Shown here piece after piece: positions 45,333-56,009 of a stretch of DNA of 64,000 nucleotides. This DNA comes from Escherichia coli. GTDB lineage: Bacteria; Pseudomonadota; Gammaproteobacteria; Enterobacterales; Enterobacteriaceae. A program made the position numbers and the translations under genes. Within the stretch, counting starts at the first letter, position 1. Each line of letters opens with the position of its first letter. The stretch is from assembly GCF_030384885.1 (NCBI RefSeq), contig NZ_CP128613.1; one strand, written 5' to 3'. The notes under the pieces were generated by a model that worked only from the letters and a program-made list of their open reading frames with translations, was not told the DNA's origin and searched no databases.

Positions 45333-46310
45333 ATGGCAGAATACAAAGATAATTTACTCGGTGAGGCGAACAGCTTTCTCGAAGTGCTGGAACAGGTTTC
45401 GCATCTCGCACCGCTGGACAAACCGGTGCTCATCATCGGCGAGCGCGGCACAGGTAAAGAGCTGATTGCCAGCCGTCTGCATTATCTCTCCTCCCGTTGG
45501 CAGGGGCCGTTTATTTCCCTTAACTGCGCGGCGTTAAATGAAAATCTGCTGGATTCCGAACTGTTTGGTCACGAAGCGGGCGCGTTTACCGGTGCGCAAA
45601 AACGTCATCCAGGGAGATTTGAACGTGCCGACGGCGGTACGCTATTTCTTGATGAACTCGCTACGGCACCGATGATGGTACAGGAGAAATTATTGCGCGT
45701 GATTGAGTACGGTGAACTGGAGCGCGTTGGCGGCAGCCAGCCATTGCAGGTGAATGTGCGGTTAGTATGCGCGACGAATGCCGATCTCCCCGCGATGGTC
45801 AATGAAGGTACTTTTCGCGCTGACCTGCTCGACCGGCTGGCTTTCGATGTAGTGCAACTGCCGCCCCTGCGCGAGCGCGAAAGCGACATTATGCTGATGG
45901 CAGAACACTTTGCCATTCAGATGTGTCGGGAAATCAAGCTGCCTCTGTTCCCGGGTTTTACGGAGCGCGCCAGAGAAACATTGCTGAATTATCGCTGGCC
46001 GGGAAATATTCGTGAATTGAAAAACGTGGTGGAACGTTCAGTGTATCGCCACGGCACCAGCGAGTATCCGCTGGATGAAATTATTATTGATCCCTTTAAA
46101 CGGCGTCCACCTGAAGAACCCATCGCCGTTCCAGAAAACACTTCACTTCCGACGCTGCCACTGGATTTACGTGAGTTTCAGATGCAGCAGGAAAAAGAGT
46201 TGCTGCAACTCAGTTTGCAACAAGGGAAATATAACCAGAAGCGCGCGGCTGAATTACTGGGGTTAACCTATCATCAGTTCCGCGCGTTGTTGAAAAAGCA
46301 CCAGATTTAG
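45333..46310 (+). CDS. pspF: psp operon transcriptional activator PspF (sigma54 AAA+ activator)
   Basis: 325 aa from the ATG at 45333 (MAEYKDNLLGEAN); GAFTGA motif and C-terminal HTH. Confidence 0.93.
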   Translation: MAEYKDNLLGEANSFLEVLEQVSHLAPLDKPVLIIGERGTGKELIASRLHYLSSRWQGPFISLNCAALNENLLDSELFGHEAGAFTGAQKRHPGRFERADGGTLFLDELATAPMMVQEKLLRVIEYGELERVGGSQPLQVNVRLVCATNADLPAMVNEGTFRADLLDRLAFDVVQLPPLRERESDIMLMAEHFAIQMCREIKLPLFPGFTERARETLLNYRWPGNIRELKNVVERSVYRHGTSEYPLDEIIIDPFKRRPPEEPIAVPENTSLPTLPLDLREFQMQQEKELLQLSLQQGKYNQKRAAELLGLTYHQFRALLKKHQI

Positions 46311-46425
46311 CGAAGTTGGGCAATACAACTTGCCGGATGCGGCGTGAACGCCTTATCCGGCATACATAATCAATACGTCGTTTGCAGGCCTGATAAGCGC
46401 AGCGCATCAGACATTATTGCGTTGG
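46311..46425. repeat. REP elements between pspF and puuE
   Basis: gccggatgcggcgtgaacgccttatccggcatac and gcctgataagcgcagcgcatcaggc. Confidence 0.8.
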
Positions 46426-46429
46426 GCTA

Positions 46430-47695
46430 TTAATCGCTCAGCGCATCCTGCAATATTTTCATTGCCGCATCGAATTGCGCATCCGGGATGGTCAGCGGAT
46501 ACAGGAAGCGAATCACGTTGCCGTATGCGCCACAGGTCAGCAGGAGCAGCCCCTGCGCCAGCGCGCGTTGCTGGATTTTCTGTGCAATCGCCGCTGACGG
46601 CTCGCCCGTTTGCGGATCGTTAAACTCTGCCGCAATCATCGACCCCAGACCGCGTACCGCCGCGATGGCCGGAACGCTTTCTTTGGCATCAATCAACGTA
46701 TTTGTCAGACGCTGGCCCAGTTGATTAGCGCGTTCGCAAAGGGATTCTTTGTCGATAATGTTGAGCACCGCGTGCGCGGCAGCCACCGCCAGCGGGTTCC
46801 CGGCGTAGGTACCACCAAGCCCGCCCGGCGCGGGCGCGTCCATGATATTCGCGTTACCGACCACGCCCGAAAGCGGCATCCCGCCCGCGAGGCTTTTCGC
46901 CATCGTCATTAAGTCCGGCTTATCGGCGTAGTGATCCATGGCAAACAGTTTACCGGTACGCGCAAAGCCGCTTTGCACTTCATCGGCAATCATCACAATA
47001 CCGTGCTCGTCGCACAGGCGGCGAATGGCGGCAACCAGCTCTTTTGGCGCAACGTTGAAACCGCCTTCGCCCTGCACCGGTTCGAAAATAATCGCCGCCA
47101 CCTGCTTCGCTTCAATGTCCGATTTAAACAAGCGTTCGATGGCATCGAGGGAGTCCTGCGTTGAAACGCCATGTAAATCTGACGGATAAGGTACGTGATA
47201 CACCGAACCGGGGAACGGGCCGAAGCCGATTTTGTACGGCGCGACCTTTCCGGTCAGCGCCATGGTCATATATGTACGACCGTGGAAGCCGCCGCTAAAC
47301 GCAATCACGCCAGGGCGTCCGGTATGGGCGCGGGCGATTTTCACCGCGTTCTCCACCGCTTCCGCACCGGTGGTGAAGAACGCAGTTTTAGCCTGCCCGC
47401 TCACCGGGGCAAGGGCGTTGATTTTCTCCGCCAGGGTGACGTAGCTTTCGTACGGCACAATCTGATACGCCGTGTGGGTAAACTGTTGCAATTGCTGCTC
47501 CACCGCCGCGACCAGATCAGGGTGGCGATGCCCGGTATTCAGCACCGCAATGCCTGCGGCGAAATCGATATATTCGTTGCCCTCTACATCCTTCAGCGTG
47601 GCGTTTTCTGCCGACTGGGCGAAGAAGTTACACATCACGCCAACCCCGCGTGGGGTAGCAGAAAGACGACGCTGATGGAATTCATTGTTGCTCAT
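46430..47695 (-). CDS. puuE: 4-aminobutyrate aminotransferase PuuE (class III PLP aminotransferase)
   Basis: 421 aa class III aminotransferase. Confidence 0.9.
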   Translation of the reverse strand: MSNNEFHQRRLSATPRGVGVMCNFFAQSAENATLKDVEGNEYIDFAAGIAVLNTGHRHPDLVAAVEQQLQQFTHTAYQIVPYESYVTLAEKINALAPVSGQAKTAFFTTGAEAVENAVKIARAHTGRPGVIAFSGGFHGRTYMTMALTGKVAPYKIGFGPFPGSVYHVPYPSDLHGVSTQDSLDAIERLFKSDIEAKQVAAIIFEPVQGEGGFNVAPKELVAAIRRLCDEHGIVMIADEVQSGFARTGKLFAMDHYADKPDLMTMAKSLAGGMPLSGVVGNANIMDAPAPGGLGGTYAGNPLAVAAAHAVLNIIDKESLCERANQLGQRLTNTLIDAKESVPAIAAVRGLGSMIAAEFNDPQTGEPSAAIAQKIQQRALAQGLLLLTCGAYGNVIRFLYPLTIPDAQFDAAMKILQDALSD

Positions 47696-47732
47696 GTTTC
47701 ACACCTTTTGACTCTTCACTGTTAATCGGAAA

Positions 47733-49013
47733 TTAAACGCCCAGACGATCGCGCAAGCTGTAATAAGCCGCGCCCATCGCGGTAAATGGCACGCGCAGCG
47801 TGCGCCCGCCGGGGAACGGGTAATGCGGCAGATTGGCGAAGGCGTCGAAGCGTTCGGCGTCACCGCGCAGCAGTTCAGCAATCAAACGCCCGGCAAGATG
47901 GGTACAGGTGACGCCGTGGCCGCTGTAACCCTGCATGTAATAGATGTTGGTATCAAGGCGACCGAACTGCGGCATGCGCGACAAGGTCAGCAGGAAGTTG
48001 CCCGTCCAGCGGTAATCAATTTTCACGCCCTTCAGCTGCGGGAAGGTCTTCAGCAGTTTCGGCACAACAAGACGCTCAACGTCATCCGGGTCGCGCGCGC
48101 CGTAGACCACGCCGCCACCGTACAGCAGGCGGTTATCGGCAGTCAGGCGGTAGTAATCAAGAAGATAGTTACAGTCTTCCACACAGTAGTTTTTCGGGAT
48201 CAGCGAACGGGCTAAATCTTCCGACAGCCGCTCGGTGGTGATCACCTGCGTGCCGCACGGCATGCTGCGTTTCGCCAGTTCCGGCTCTACTTTATCGCCC
48301 AGATACGCATTCCCGGCGACAATCACATACTTCGCCGTCACCTGACCATTGGCAGTCCGCACCACGGCTGGCGTGGTGTGCTGGATCTGCGTCACGGCGG
48401 AAAGCTCATACACGCGCCCGCCGTTCAGGCGAATGGCATCGGCTTCACCAATGGCGAGGTTTAGCGGATGAATATGCCCACCGCTGTGATCCAGCAGCGC
48501 ACCAGTGTAGCGATCGCTGGCGACCTCGCGGCGAATAGCGTTGGCGTCCAGCAGCTCCAGCTGTTTATTGCCGTAGCGTTCCCAGTTCTCTTTCTGCTCT
48601 TCGAGTGTGGCGAGTTGTTTATCATTCATCGCCACAAACAGGCCGCCGGGGCGATAGTCGCAGTCAATCTGATAACGTTTGATACGTTCGCGGATGATCT
48701 CGCCACCCTCGAACATCATGCTGCCGAGCATACGGGCGGTATCCATGCCGTAGCTTTTTTCGATAACGTCGATGTCGCGGCTGTAGGAGTTCACAAGCTG
48801 CCCGCCGTTGCGTCCGCTTGCGCCGAAGCCGATGCGTGAGGCTTCAAGAACCACCACATCAAAGCCCGCTTCCGCCAGATGCAGCGCGGAGGAAAGCCCG
48901 GTATAGCCGCCGCCGACCACGCAAACGTCGCAGGAAATCGACTCATTCAGCGTGTCGAATGGCGCGTATTTATTCGCACTGGCGGCGTAATAACTGCTGG
49001 TATGTTCGGTCAT
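47733..49013 (-). CDS. puuB: gamma-glutamylputrescine oxidase (FAD-dependent)
   Basis: 426 aa; FAD-binding GGGYTG near the N-terminus. Confidence 0.9.
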   Translation of the reverse strand: MTEHTSSYYAASANKYAPFDTLNESISCDVCVVGGGYTGLSSALHLAEAGFDVVVLEASRIGFGASGRNGGQLVNSYSRDIDVIEKSYGMDTARMLGSMMFEGGEIIRERIKRYQIDCDYRPGGLFVAMNDKQLATLEEQKENWERYGNKQLELLDANAIRREVASDRYTGALLDHSGGHIHPLNLAIGEADAIRLNGGRVYELSAVTQIQHTTPAVVRTANGQVTAKYVIVAGNAYLGDKVEPELAKRSMPCGTQVITTERLSEDLARSLIPKNYCVEDCNYLLDYYRLTADNRLLYGGGVVYGARDPDDVERLVVPKLLKTFPQLKGVKIDYRWTGNFLLTLSRMPQFGRLDTNIYYMQGYSGHGVTCTHLAGRLIAELLRGDAERFDAFANLPHYPFPGGRTLRVPFTAMGAAYYSLRDRLGV

Positions 49014-49014
49014 T

Positions 49015-50502
49015 TCAGGCCTCCAGGCTTATCCAGATGGTTTTCAGTTCGGTGAATTTTTCAAGGGCGTGCAGGGATTTGTCGCGACCGTTGCCGCTCT
49101 GCTTATAGCCGCCAAACGGCACGGTCATATCACCGTCGTTGTAGTTATTGACGAAGACGGAACCGGCTTTCAGGCGGCGACTCATGCGGTGCGCGCGGGA
49201 GAGGTCGCGTGTCCATACCGCCGCGCCAAGTCCGTACTGGCTGTCGTTGGCAAGCTGTAGCGCCTGCTCTTCTGCTGTGAAACGCGTGACCACCAGCACC
49301 GGGCCGAAAATCTCTTCGCGACTTAAGGACGCATTCGGGTCCACATCCACAAAGATGGTCGGGCCGATGGCCGCAGCCAGCTCGGCGTTACGGCCATCCA
49401 GCAGCAGTTGCCCTTTGCTTTCGCCTTCCCGAATAAAGCTATGCACCGAGTCAGCGTGGGCGCAGTCGATTAAGGTGCCCATGGTGGTCGCGGGATCAAG
49501 CGGATGCCCCGGCTGCCAGTTTTGCGCCTGCTGTTTTAACAGGTCTAAGAATTCATCGGCGATGCTATCTTCCAGCAACAAACGCGTTCCGGCGATGCAC
49601 ACCTGGCCCTGGTTATAAAAGATGCCCGCGGCGGTGGCACTCGCTGCCTGTTGCAGATCCGGGCAGTCGGCGAAAACGATGTTGGCGCTTTTGCCGCCCG
49701 CTTCCAGCCAGACGCGTTTCATGTTGCTGTCGCCTGCATCTTTCAGCAGTTGTTTCCCGGTGCGGGTCGAGCCGGTAAAGGCGATAACGTCGATATCGTT
49801 ATGACGCGACAGCGCCTGGCCCGCTTCATGACCAAAACCCGTCACCACGTTCAGCACACCATCCGGCAGACCTGCTTCTTTCGCCAGCCCGGCGAGACGA
49901 ATCGCGCTAAGCGGTGATTTTTCAGACGGTTTTAGAATCACGCTGTTTCCCGCCGCCAGCGCCGGGCCGAGTTTCCAGCAAGTCAGCAGCAGCGGGAAGT
50001 TCCACGGCACGATGGCGGCAATCACGCCGACCGGTTCACGCACGATCATCGCCAGCTCATGGCTACTGGTGGTCGCCACTTCGCCATACACTTTGTCGAT
50101 GGCTTCGGCGTACCAGCGAATGGCGCGCGCCGCGCCGGGAATATCATCACGCAGGCTGTGACAAATTGGTTTGCCGGTGTCGAGCGTTTCCAGCAGCGCC
50201 AGCTCTTCGGCGTGGGCTTCCATTAAATCGGCGAGTTTATTCAGTACCGCTTTACGTTTTGCCGGAGAAGAGTGTGACCAGTCGCCGCGTTCAAATACGC
50301 CGCGTGCTGCGCTCACCGCACGGTCGATATCGACGCTCTTGCCGCGGGCAATTTTCGCCAGCGGTGCCTGGGTGACCGGATCAACGGTTTCAAAAGTTTC
50401 ATTTTCCGCCGCAGCAGTATATTCACCGTTAATAAATAAGCGGGTTTCAATGGCGAGACTTAACGCTTTATCCTGCCAGTAAGCCAGATGATGAAAATTC
50501 AT
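49015..50502 (-). CDS. puuC: NAD(P)-dependent aldehyde dehydrogenase PuuC
   Basis: 495 aa from the ATG at 50502 (MNFHHLAYWQDK); ALDH motifs including catalytic Cys (QGQVCIAG). Confidence 0.9.
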   Translation of the reverse strand: MNFHHLAYWQDKALSLAIETRLFINGEYTAAAENETFETVDPVTQAPLAKIARGKSVDIDRAVSAARGVFERGDWSHSSPAKRKAVLNKLADLMEAHAEELALLETLDTGKPICHSLRDDIPGAARAIRWYAEAIDKVYGEVATTSSHELAMIVREPVGVIAAIVPWNFPLLLTCWKLGPALAAGNSVILKPSEKSPLSAIRLAGLAKEAGLPDGVLNVVTGFGHEAGQALSRHNDIDVIAFTGSTRTGKQLLKDAGDSNMKRVWLEAGGKSANIVFADCPDLQQAASATAAGIFYNQGQVCIAGTRLLLEDSIADEFLDLLKQQAQNWQPGHPLDPATTMGTLIDCAHADSVHSFIREGESKGQLLLDGRNAELAAAIGPTIFVDVDPNASLSREEIFGPVLVVTRFTAEEQALQLANDSQYGLGAAVWTRDLSRAHRMSRRLKAGSVFVNNYNDGDMTVPFGGYKQSGNGRDKSLHALEKFTELKTIWISLEA

Positions 50503-50651
50503 TATGACTCCTGTTTCACGTGTATCAGATATATGCAGTTTGTGAACGTCAGGGCGCAGAGATCCCCGGGCCGCATGCCCGTTTATTTCTGGCGACATTC
50601 TTTATGGATTGCCGGGCGCATTGCGCTTACCCGGCTTACAGAACAAAAAGA

Positions 50652-51209
50652 TTAAAACGTGGTGGGCGTATGGGCGCTGATAATTCGGCAAATACCTGCC
50701 GACGTATTACTGAAACTGTGCGGGATGCCGGTATTAATGGCATAACTTTGCCCCGCGACGAGGTGGTAATCCTGACCATTAATCGTCAGAACAATTTCAC
50801 CTTCCAGTACAGTGCCTATTTCCTCACCCTGATGCTTAATTCTTTCCCCAGTGGTTGTACCCGGCTGGTAAGTTTCAAAGATCATCGCCAGCGTGCGATT
50901 CGGGTTACCGTTATGAACCAGCTTCATTGACACACCCTGACTGCCCATCTCAATTAAGTCGTCCTGATTAATGACGACCTGTGGCTCATCAGGTTTTTCC
51001 GGCTCGGAAAAGAATTCCGAGAGTGACAGACCATACACCTTCAGCAGCTTTTGCAGCGTACTGATGGCAGGGCTGACTTTATCTTGTTCTATCGTACTGA
51101 TAGCACTGTGAGTCAGCCCGGAGAGTTCGGCGGCACGACGTTGTGAAAGCCCCTGCTGCTGGCGGATTTCCGACAAGCGTTTTCCTGGCGCCAGTCCCTC
51201 ATCACTCAT
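50652..51209 (-). CDS. puuR: HTH-type repressor PuuR (XRE HTH plus cupin)
   Basis: 185 aa; N-terminal XRE HTH and C-terminal cupin. Confidence 0.9.
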   Translation of the reverse strand: MSDEGLAPGKRLSEIRQQQGLSQRRAAELSGLTHSAISTIEQDKVSPAISTLQKLLKVYGLSLSEFFSEPEKPDEPQVVINQDDLIEMGSQGVSMKLVHNGNPNRTLAMIFETYQPGTTTGERIKHQGEEIGTVLEGEIVLTINGQDYHLVAGQSYAINTGIPHSFSNTSAGICRIISAHTPTTF

Positions 51210-51235
51210 ATTTGCATTTCCTTAAACTGTAGTGG

Positions 51236-52000
51236 TCAGAGTCGCTGTTTTTCAGCGATATGGTGCTGACAAGCGGTGATAAAGCCCTCGAACAATATAC
51301 GCGAAAGCGCGTACTCGCTACTGTTCCATTCCGGGTGCCACTGTACGCCCAGCGCAAAAGGATGATTGATGACGCTAACCGCCTCAACTAAGCCATCCGG
51401 TGAGCGAGCTTCAACACGCAACCGTGGGCTAACGACCTTCGCCCCTTGTCCATGCAGAGAGTTTACCCAAAAGTTGCTACATTCAGGTAACAACGCAGAC
51501 AGCAATCCCCCCTCTTCAACCTGAACTTCATGCGACGGTGCATATTGCTGTTCCACCGGCAGTTCGGGATCTTCCCGATGTTCCAGCAATTCAGGCTGTT
51601 CGCACAGCTTGCGATGCAACGAACCACCGGTTGCCACCACCAGTTCCTGTAAACCCCGGCAGATGGCGAAAATGGGGATGCGCCTTTCGAGTGCGGCATT
51701 AATTAACGCCATGCTCAGAAGATCACGCCCGGGATCGGCGTCAGGCTCATCGCCGTTTTCACCATATAGGTGCGGCTGCACATTGCTGGGACTACCAGGA
51801 AGATAAATACCATCGAGTTTCGGCAAAAGTTGTTCAAGTAATGACGGTTCCGCCAGCGCATGTGGCAGCGCAATTGGCAAGCCGCCTGCGTGGATGATGG
51901 CATTCAGGTACTTTTCTTGCAGAGTCTGGGTCGCATGACCCTTAAGCCTGTTCCTGCACATTACGACACCGATAACCGGATTGTTCATTATATTTTCCAT
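51236..52000 (-). CDS. puuD: gamma-glutamyl-gamma-aminobutyrate hydrolase PuuD (class I glutamine amidotransferase-like)
   Basis: 254 aa from the ATG at 52000 (MENIMNNPVIGVVMC). Confidence 0.88.
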   Translation of the reverse strand: MENIMNNPVIGVVMCRNRLKGHATQTLQEKYLNAIIHAGGLPIALPHALAEPSLLEQLLPKLDGIYLPGSPSNVQPHLYGENGDEPDADPGRDLLSMALINAALERRIPIFAICRGLQELVVATGGSLHRKLCEQPELLEHREDPELPVEQQYAPSHEVQVEEGGLLSALLPECSNFWVNSLHGQGAKVVSPRLRVEARSPDGLVEAVSVINHPFALGVQWHPEWNSSEYALSRILFEGFITACQHHIAEKQRL

Positions 52001-52211
52001 GCTCAATCTCACAAAGTGGACTAAATTATCGCCATTACTGCGCTTTAAATGACCTTTATGTTCAATATTTTTTCAATCTAGCAGCGAGTTTTCATTTTTG
52101 CAAACTCAATTTAACATTTGACAAACATTTAGTTTGCATACAGATTCGAATGGTGGTCATTATATTTTACGCTTTGATAACGAGCGGAAAACAAACCAAA
52201 GGCGAAGAATT

Positions 52212-53630
52212 ATGGAAACCAATATCGTTGAAGTAGAGAACTTTGTTCAGCAGTCAGAAGAGAGGCGGGGTAGCGCCTTTACGCAGGAAGTGAAACGCTA
52301 CCTGGAGCGCTACCCGAATACGCAATATGTTGATGTTTTACTTACCGATTTGAATGGTTGTTTTCGTGGAAAACGTATTCCTGTTTCAAGCCTGAAGAAG
52401 CTCGAGAAAGGGTGTTATTTCCCGGCCTCGGTGTTTGCAATGGATATTCTGGGCAACGTAGTAGAAGAAGCGGGTCTGGGTCAGGAAATGGGCGAGCCGG
52501 ATCGTACCTGTGTTCCTATTCTCGGTTCCTTAACCCCATCTGCCGCCGATCCAGAGTTTATCGGTCAGATGCTCCTGACCATGGTCGATGAAGATGGCGC
52601 TCCCTTTGACGTTGAGCCGCGGAACGTTCTTAACCGCCTGTGGCAGCAGCTGCGCCAGCGCGGATTGTTCCCGGTTGTAGCGGTAGAGCTGGAGTTCTAT
52701 TTACTGGATCGCCAGCGCGACGCTGAAGGGTATCTGCAACCGCCCTGCGCGCCCGGCACCGATGACCGCAATACACAAAGTCAGGTTTACTCAGTTGATA
52801 ACCTCAACCACTTCGCCGACGTGCTCAATGATATTGATGAGCTGGCGCAGTTACAGCTGATTCCGGCAGATGGCGCGGTCGCCGAGGCCTCGCCAGGTCA
52901 GTTTGAAATCAATCTTTACCATACCGATAACGTGCTGGAAGCTTGCGATGATGCGCTGGCACTAAAACGCCTGGTGCGTCTGATGGCAGAAAAGCATAAG
53001 ATGCACGCCACTTTTATGGCGAAGCCGTATGAAGAGCACGCGGGCAGCGGGATGCATATCCATATCAGTATGCAAAATAATCGTGGCGAGAACGTGCTTT
53101 CTGACGCGGAAGGCGAAGATTCGCCGCTGCTGAAAAAGATGCTCGCCGGGATGATTGACCTGATGCCGTCATCAATGGCGTTGCTGGCACCAAACGTGAA
53201 CTCGTATCGCCGCTTCCAGCCGGGGATGTATGTACCGACGCAGGCGTCGTGGGGCCATAACAACCGCACCGTCGCCCTGCGCATTCCCTGCGGCGATCGC
53301 CATAATCACCGCGTGGAATATCGCGTGGCGGGTGCCGATGCCAACCCGTATTTGGTGATGGCAGCGATTTTTGCCGGTATTTTGCATGGCCTTGATAACG
53401 AACTGCCATTACAGGAAGAAGTCGAAGGCAACGGGCTGGAACAGGAAGGCTTACCCTTCCCGATTCGCCAGAGCGATGCCCTGGGTGAGTTTATCGAGAA
53501 TGATCACCTGCGCCGCTATTTAGGCGAACGCTTCTGCCATGTCTATCACGCCTGTAAAAATGATGAGCTGTTGCAGTTTGAGCGCCTCATCACAGAAACA
53601 GAAATTGAGTGGATGTTGAAAAACGCGTAA
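52212..53630 (+). CDS. puuA: glutamate--putrescine ligase PuuA (glutamine synthetase family)
   Basis: 472 aa from the ATG at 52212 (METNIVEVENFV); GS-type catalytic domain. Confidence 0.9.
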   Translation: METNIVEVENFVQQSEERRGSAFTQEVKRYLERYPNTQYVDVLLTDLNGCFRGKRIPVSSLKKLEKGCYFPASVFAMDILGNVVEEAGLGQEMGEPDRTCVPILGSLTPSAADPEFIGQMLLTMVDEDGAPFDVEPRNVLNRLWQQLRQRGLFPVVAVELEFYLLDRQRDAEGYLQPPCAPGTDDRNTQSQVYSVDNLNHFADVLNDIDELAQLQLIPADGAVAEASPGQFEINLYHTDNVLEACDDALALKRLVRLMAEKHKMHATFMAKPYEEHAGSGMHIHISMQNNRGENVLSDAEGEDSPLLKKMLAGMIDLMPSSMALLAPNVNSYRRFQPGMYVPTQASWGHNNRTVALRIPCGDRHNHRVEYRVAGADANPYLVMAAIFAGILHGLDNELPLQEEVEGNGLEQEGLPFPIRQSDALGEFIENDHLRRYLGERFCHVYHACKNDELLQFERLITETEIEWMLKNA

Positions 53631-53932
53631 TACCCCTTGCGGGGTTGTTTCAGCGGCCTGAGCGGAGCCAGGCCTGACATTTGCTGGTAATCCAGACATT
53701 TCCCGGATGTCGCGTTATGGAGCGCAGGCGGCAACGGGCTTCCGTTAACGATTAAGACTGTGACGAGGAAATGAGATGATGCCGATGATTAAATCCCCGC
53801 ATGGCGAGGGAGGCTGCGTATGCGCCCCTCCTGCGACTGACTGGACTCCGCCCCCTTTGCTTCCCTTGCTAAACAGGTTTGATTTCAGGTCGATACGACC
53901 GCAAACCTTATTACGCAGGGGAGGCAGCAATT

Positions 53933-55318
53933 ATGGCTATTAATTCACCACTGAATATTGCTGCGCAACCCGGCAAAACCCGTCTGCGAAAATCACTGAA
54001 ATTGTGGCAGGTGGTGATGATGGGTCTGGCCTATCTCACGCCGATGACTGTGTTCGATACCTTTGGCATTGTTTCCGGCATTAGCGACGGTCACGTTCCG
54101 GCGTCCTATTTGCTGGCGCTGGCGGGTGTGCTGTTTACCGCGATCAGCTACGGCAAACTGGTTCGCCAGTTTCCGGAGGCCGGTTCGGCCTATACCTACG
54201 CGCAAAAGTCGATTAACCCGCACGTCGGATTTATGGTCGGCTGGTCATCGCTGCTGGATTATCTCTTTTTGCCGATGATCAACGTTTTGTTGGCGAAAAT
54301 CTATCTCTCCGCCCTCTTCCCGGAAGTGCCGCCGTGGGTGTGGGTGGTAACCTTCGTCGCCATTTTAACCGCCGCGAATCTGAAGAGCGTCAACCTGGTG
54401 GCTAACTTCAATACCCTGTTTGTGCTGGTGCAGATTTCCATCATGTTGGTGTTTATCTTCCTGGTGGTTCAGGGGCTGCATAAAGGAGAAGGCGTTGGCA
54501 CCGTCTGGTCGCTTCAGCCGTTTATCAGCGAGAACGCACACCTGATCCCGATTATTACCGGGGCGACGATTGTCTGTTTCTCGTTCCTCGGTTTCGATGC
54601 GGTGACCACGCTTTCGGAAGAGACGCCGGACGCCGCACGCGTGATCCCGAAAGCCATCTTCCTGACGGCGGTATACGGCGGCGTTATCTTTATCGCGGCG
54701 TCGTTCTTTATGCAGCTGTTCTTCCCGGATATCAGCCGCTTTAAAGATCCGGACGCCGCACTGCCGGAAATCGCACTGTACGTTGGCGGCAAGTTGTTCC
54801 AGTCGATTTTCCTCTGCACGACGTTTGTGAACACGTTAGCGTCTGGCCTGGCGTCACATGCCAGCGTGTCGCGTCTGCTGTATGTGATGGGGCGCGACAA
54901 TGTGTTTCCGGAACGCGTGTTTGGCTATGTGCACCCGAAATGGCGGACTCCGGCACTGAATGTCATTATGGTCGGGATTGTCGCGTTGTCAGCGCTGTTC
55001 TTTGATTTAGTCACCGCGACAGCATTGATTAACTTCGGTGCTCTGGTGGCGTTTACCTTCGTTAACCTGTCGGTGTTTAATCATTTCTGGCGGCGTAAAG
55101 GAATGAATAAAAGCTGGAAGGATCACTTCCACTATTTGCTGATGCCGCTGGTTGGCGCGCTGACGGTGGGTGTGCTGTGGGTTAACCTCGAGTCAACGTC
55201 ACTGACACTCGGTCTGGTATGGGCTTCATTAGGCGGCGCATATTTGTGGTATCTGATCCGCCGCTATCGCAAAGTGCCGTTGTATGATGGTGACAGAACG
55301 CCGGTGAGCGAAACGTAA
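53933..55318 (+). CDS. puuP: putrescine importer PuuP (APC family)
   Basis: 461 aa from the ATG at 53933 ([12 protein letters not shown]); 12-TM amino acid/polyamine permease. Confidence 0.88.
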   Translation: MAINSPLNIAAQPGKTRLRKSLKLWQVVMMGLAYLTPMTVFDTFGIVSGISDGHVPASYLLALAGVLFTAISYGKLVRQFPEAGSAYTYAQKSINPHVGFMVGWSSLLDYLFLPMINVLLAKIYLSALFPEVPPWVWVVTFVAILTAANLKSVNLVANFNTLFVLVQISIMLVFIFLVVQGLHKGEGVGTVWSLQPFISENAHLIPIITGATIVCFSFLGFDAVTTLSEETPDAARVIPKAIFLTAVYGGVIFIAASFFMQLFFPDISRFKDPDAALPEIALYVGGKLFQSIFLCTTFVNTLASGLASHASVSRLLYVMGRDNVFPERVFGYVHPKWRTPALNVIMVGIVALSALFFDLVTATALINFGALVAFTFVNLSVFNHFWRRKGMNKSWKDHFHYLLMPLVGALTVGVLWVNLESTSLTLGLVWASLGGAYLWYLIRRYRKVPLYDGDRTPVSET

Positions 55319-55327
55319 TAGTCGGAT

Positions 55328-55368
55328 GCGCGGCGCATTATCCTGCCTGAGGGTAATGCGCCGCGCCA
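55328..55368 (+). terminator. long GC-rich palindrome downstream of puuP (terminator or REP-like)
   Basis: gcgcggcgcattatcctgcctgagggtaatgcgccgcgc; no clear T-run follows. Confidence 0.4.
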
Positions 55369-55451
55369 TTAACTATAAAAAGATGTATGACCCGGATCAC
55401 GAGTGCTATCATCCGCCCTTATGCTTAGCGCATTAACCCCAGGGGCAAATA

Positions 55452-55697
55452 ATGAACCACGATATCCCGCTAAAATATTTTGATATTGCCGATGAGTACG
55501 CGACCGAATGCGCAGAGCCTGTCGCAGACGCAGAACGCACACCGCTGGCCCACTACTTCCAGTTACTGCTCACCCGTTTGATGAACAATGAAGAGATCAG
55601 CGAAGAAGCCCAACATGAAATGGCTGCTGAAGCGGGGATTAATCCCGTACGCATTGATGAGATCGCAGAGTTTTTGAATCAATGGGGTAATGAGTAA
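55452..55697 (+). CDS. ymjA: small protein YmjA (DUF2543)
   Basis: 81 aa starting [19 protein letters not shown]; position between puuP and sapA. Confidence 0.8.
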   Translation: MNHDIPLKYFDIADEYATECAEPVADAERTPLAHYFQLLLTRLMNNEEISEEAQHEMAAEAGINPVRIDEIAEFLNQWGNE

Positions 55698-55730
55698 TTA
55701 TTTCATTGCAGACGCTCGGTCAGTATCGTT

Positions 55731-55790
55731 GCCCGGATAAAGCGTTCACGCCGCATCCGGCTAAAAATGACACGCACTGCAGCGTGCTTT
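55731..55790. repeat. REP element between ymjA and sapA
   Basis: gcccggataaagcgttcacgccgcatccggc followed by a short hairpin. Confidence 0.7.
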
Positions 55791-56009
55791 AATGGGTTTC
55801 TCACGATCGTACCGCTCTGCTCCTCGCTAAGTTGTTCTGTGAGTTATAGTTATAGAGAAATCACGGGTACGAATGTTGAACAGATGGCGACGTCACCTGT
55901 TCAACGACCAACCACACGGCCCTCATTACGACCCCTGAACACAAACGGTAATGGCAAATGTCATTAAATATTAGTAAGATAGCCTCTTTACATAAAATCC
56001 CTTAATATT

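Noticed and set aside
55767-55967. 66-aa ORF between ymjA and sapA
   Set aside because: It starts within the REP/hairpin region and runs through the sapA promoter; no RBS and a Ser/Thr/Pro-rich low-complexity product
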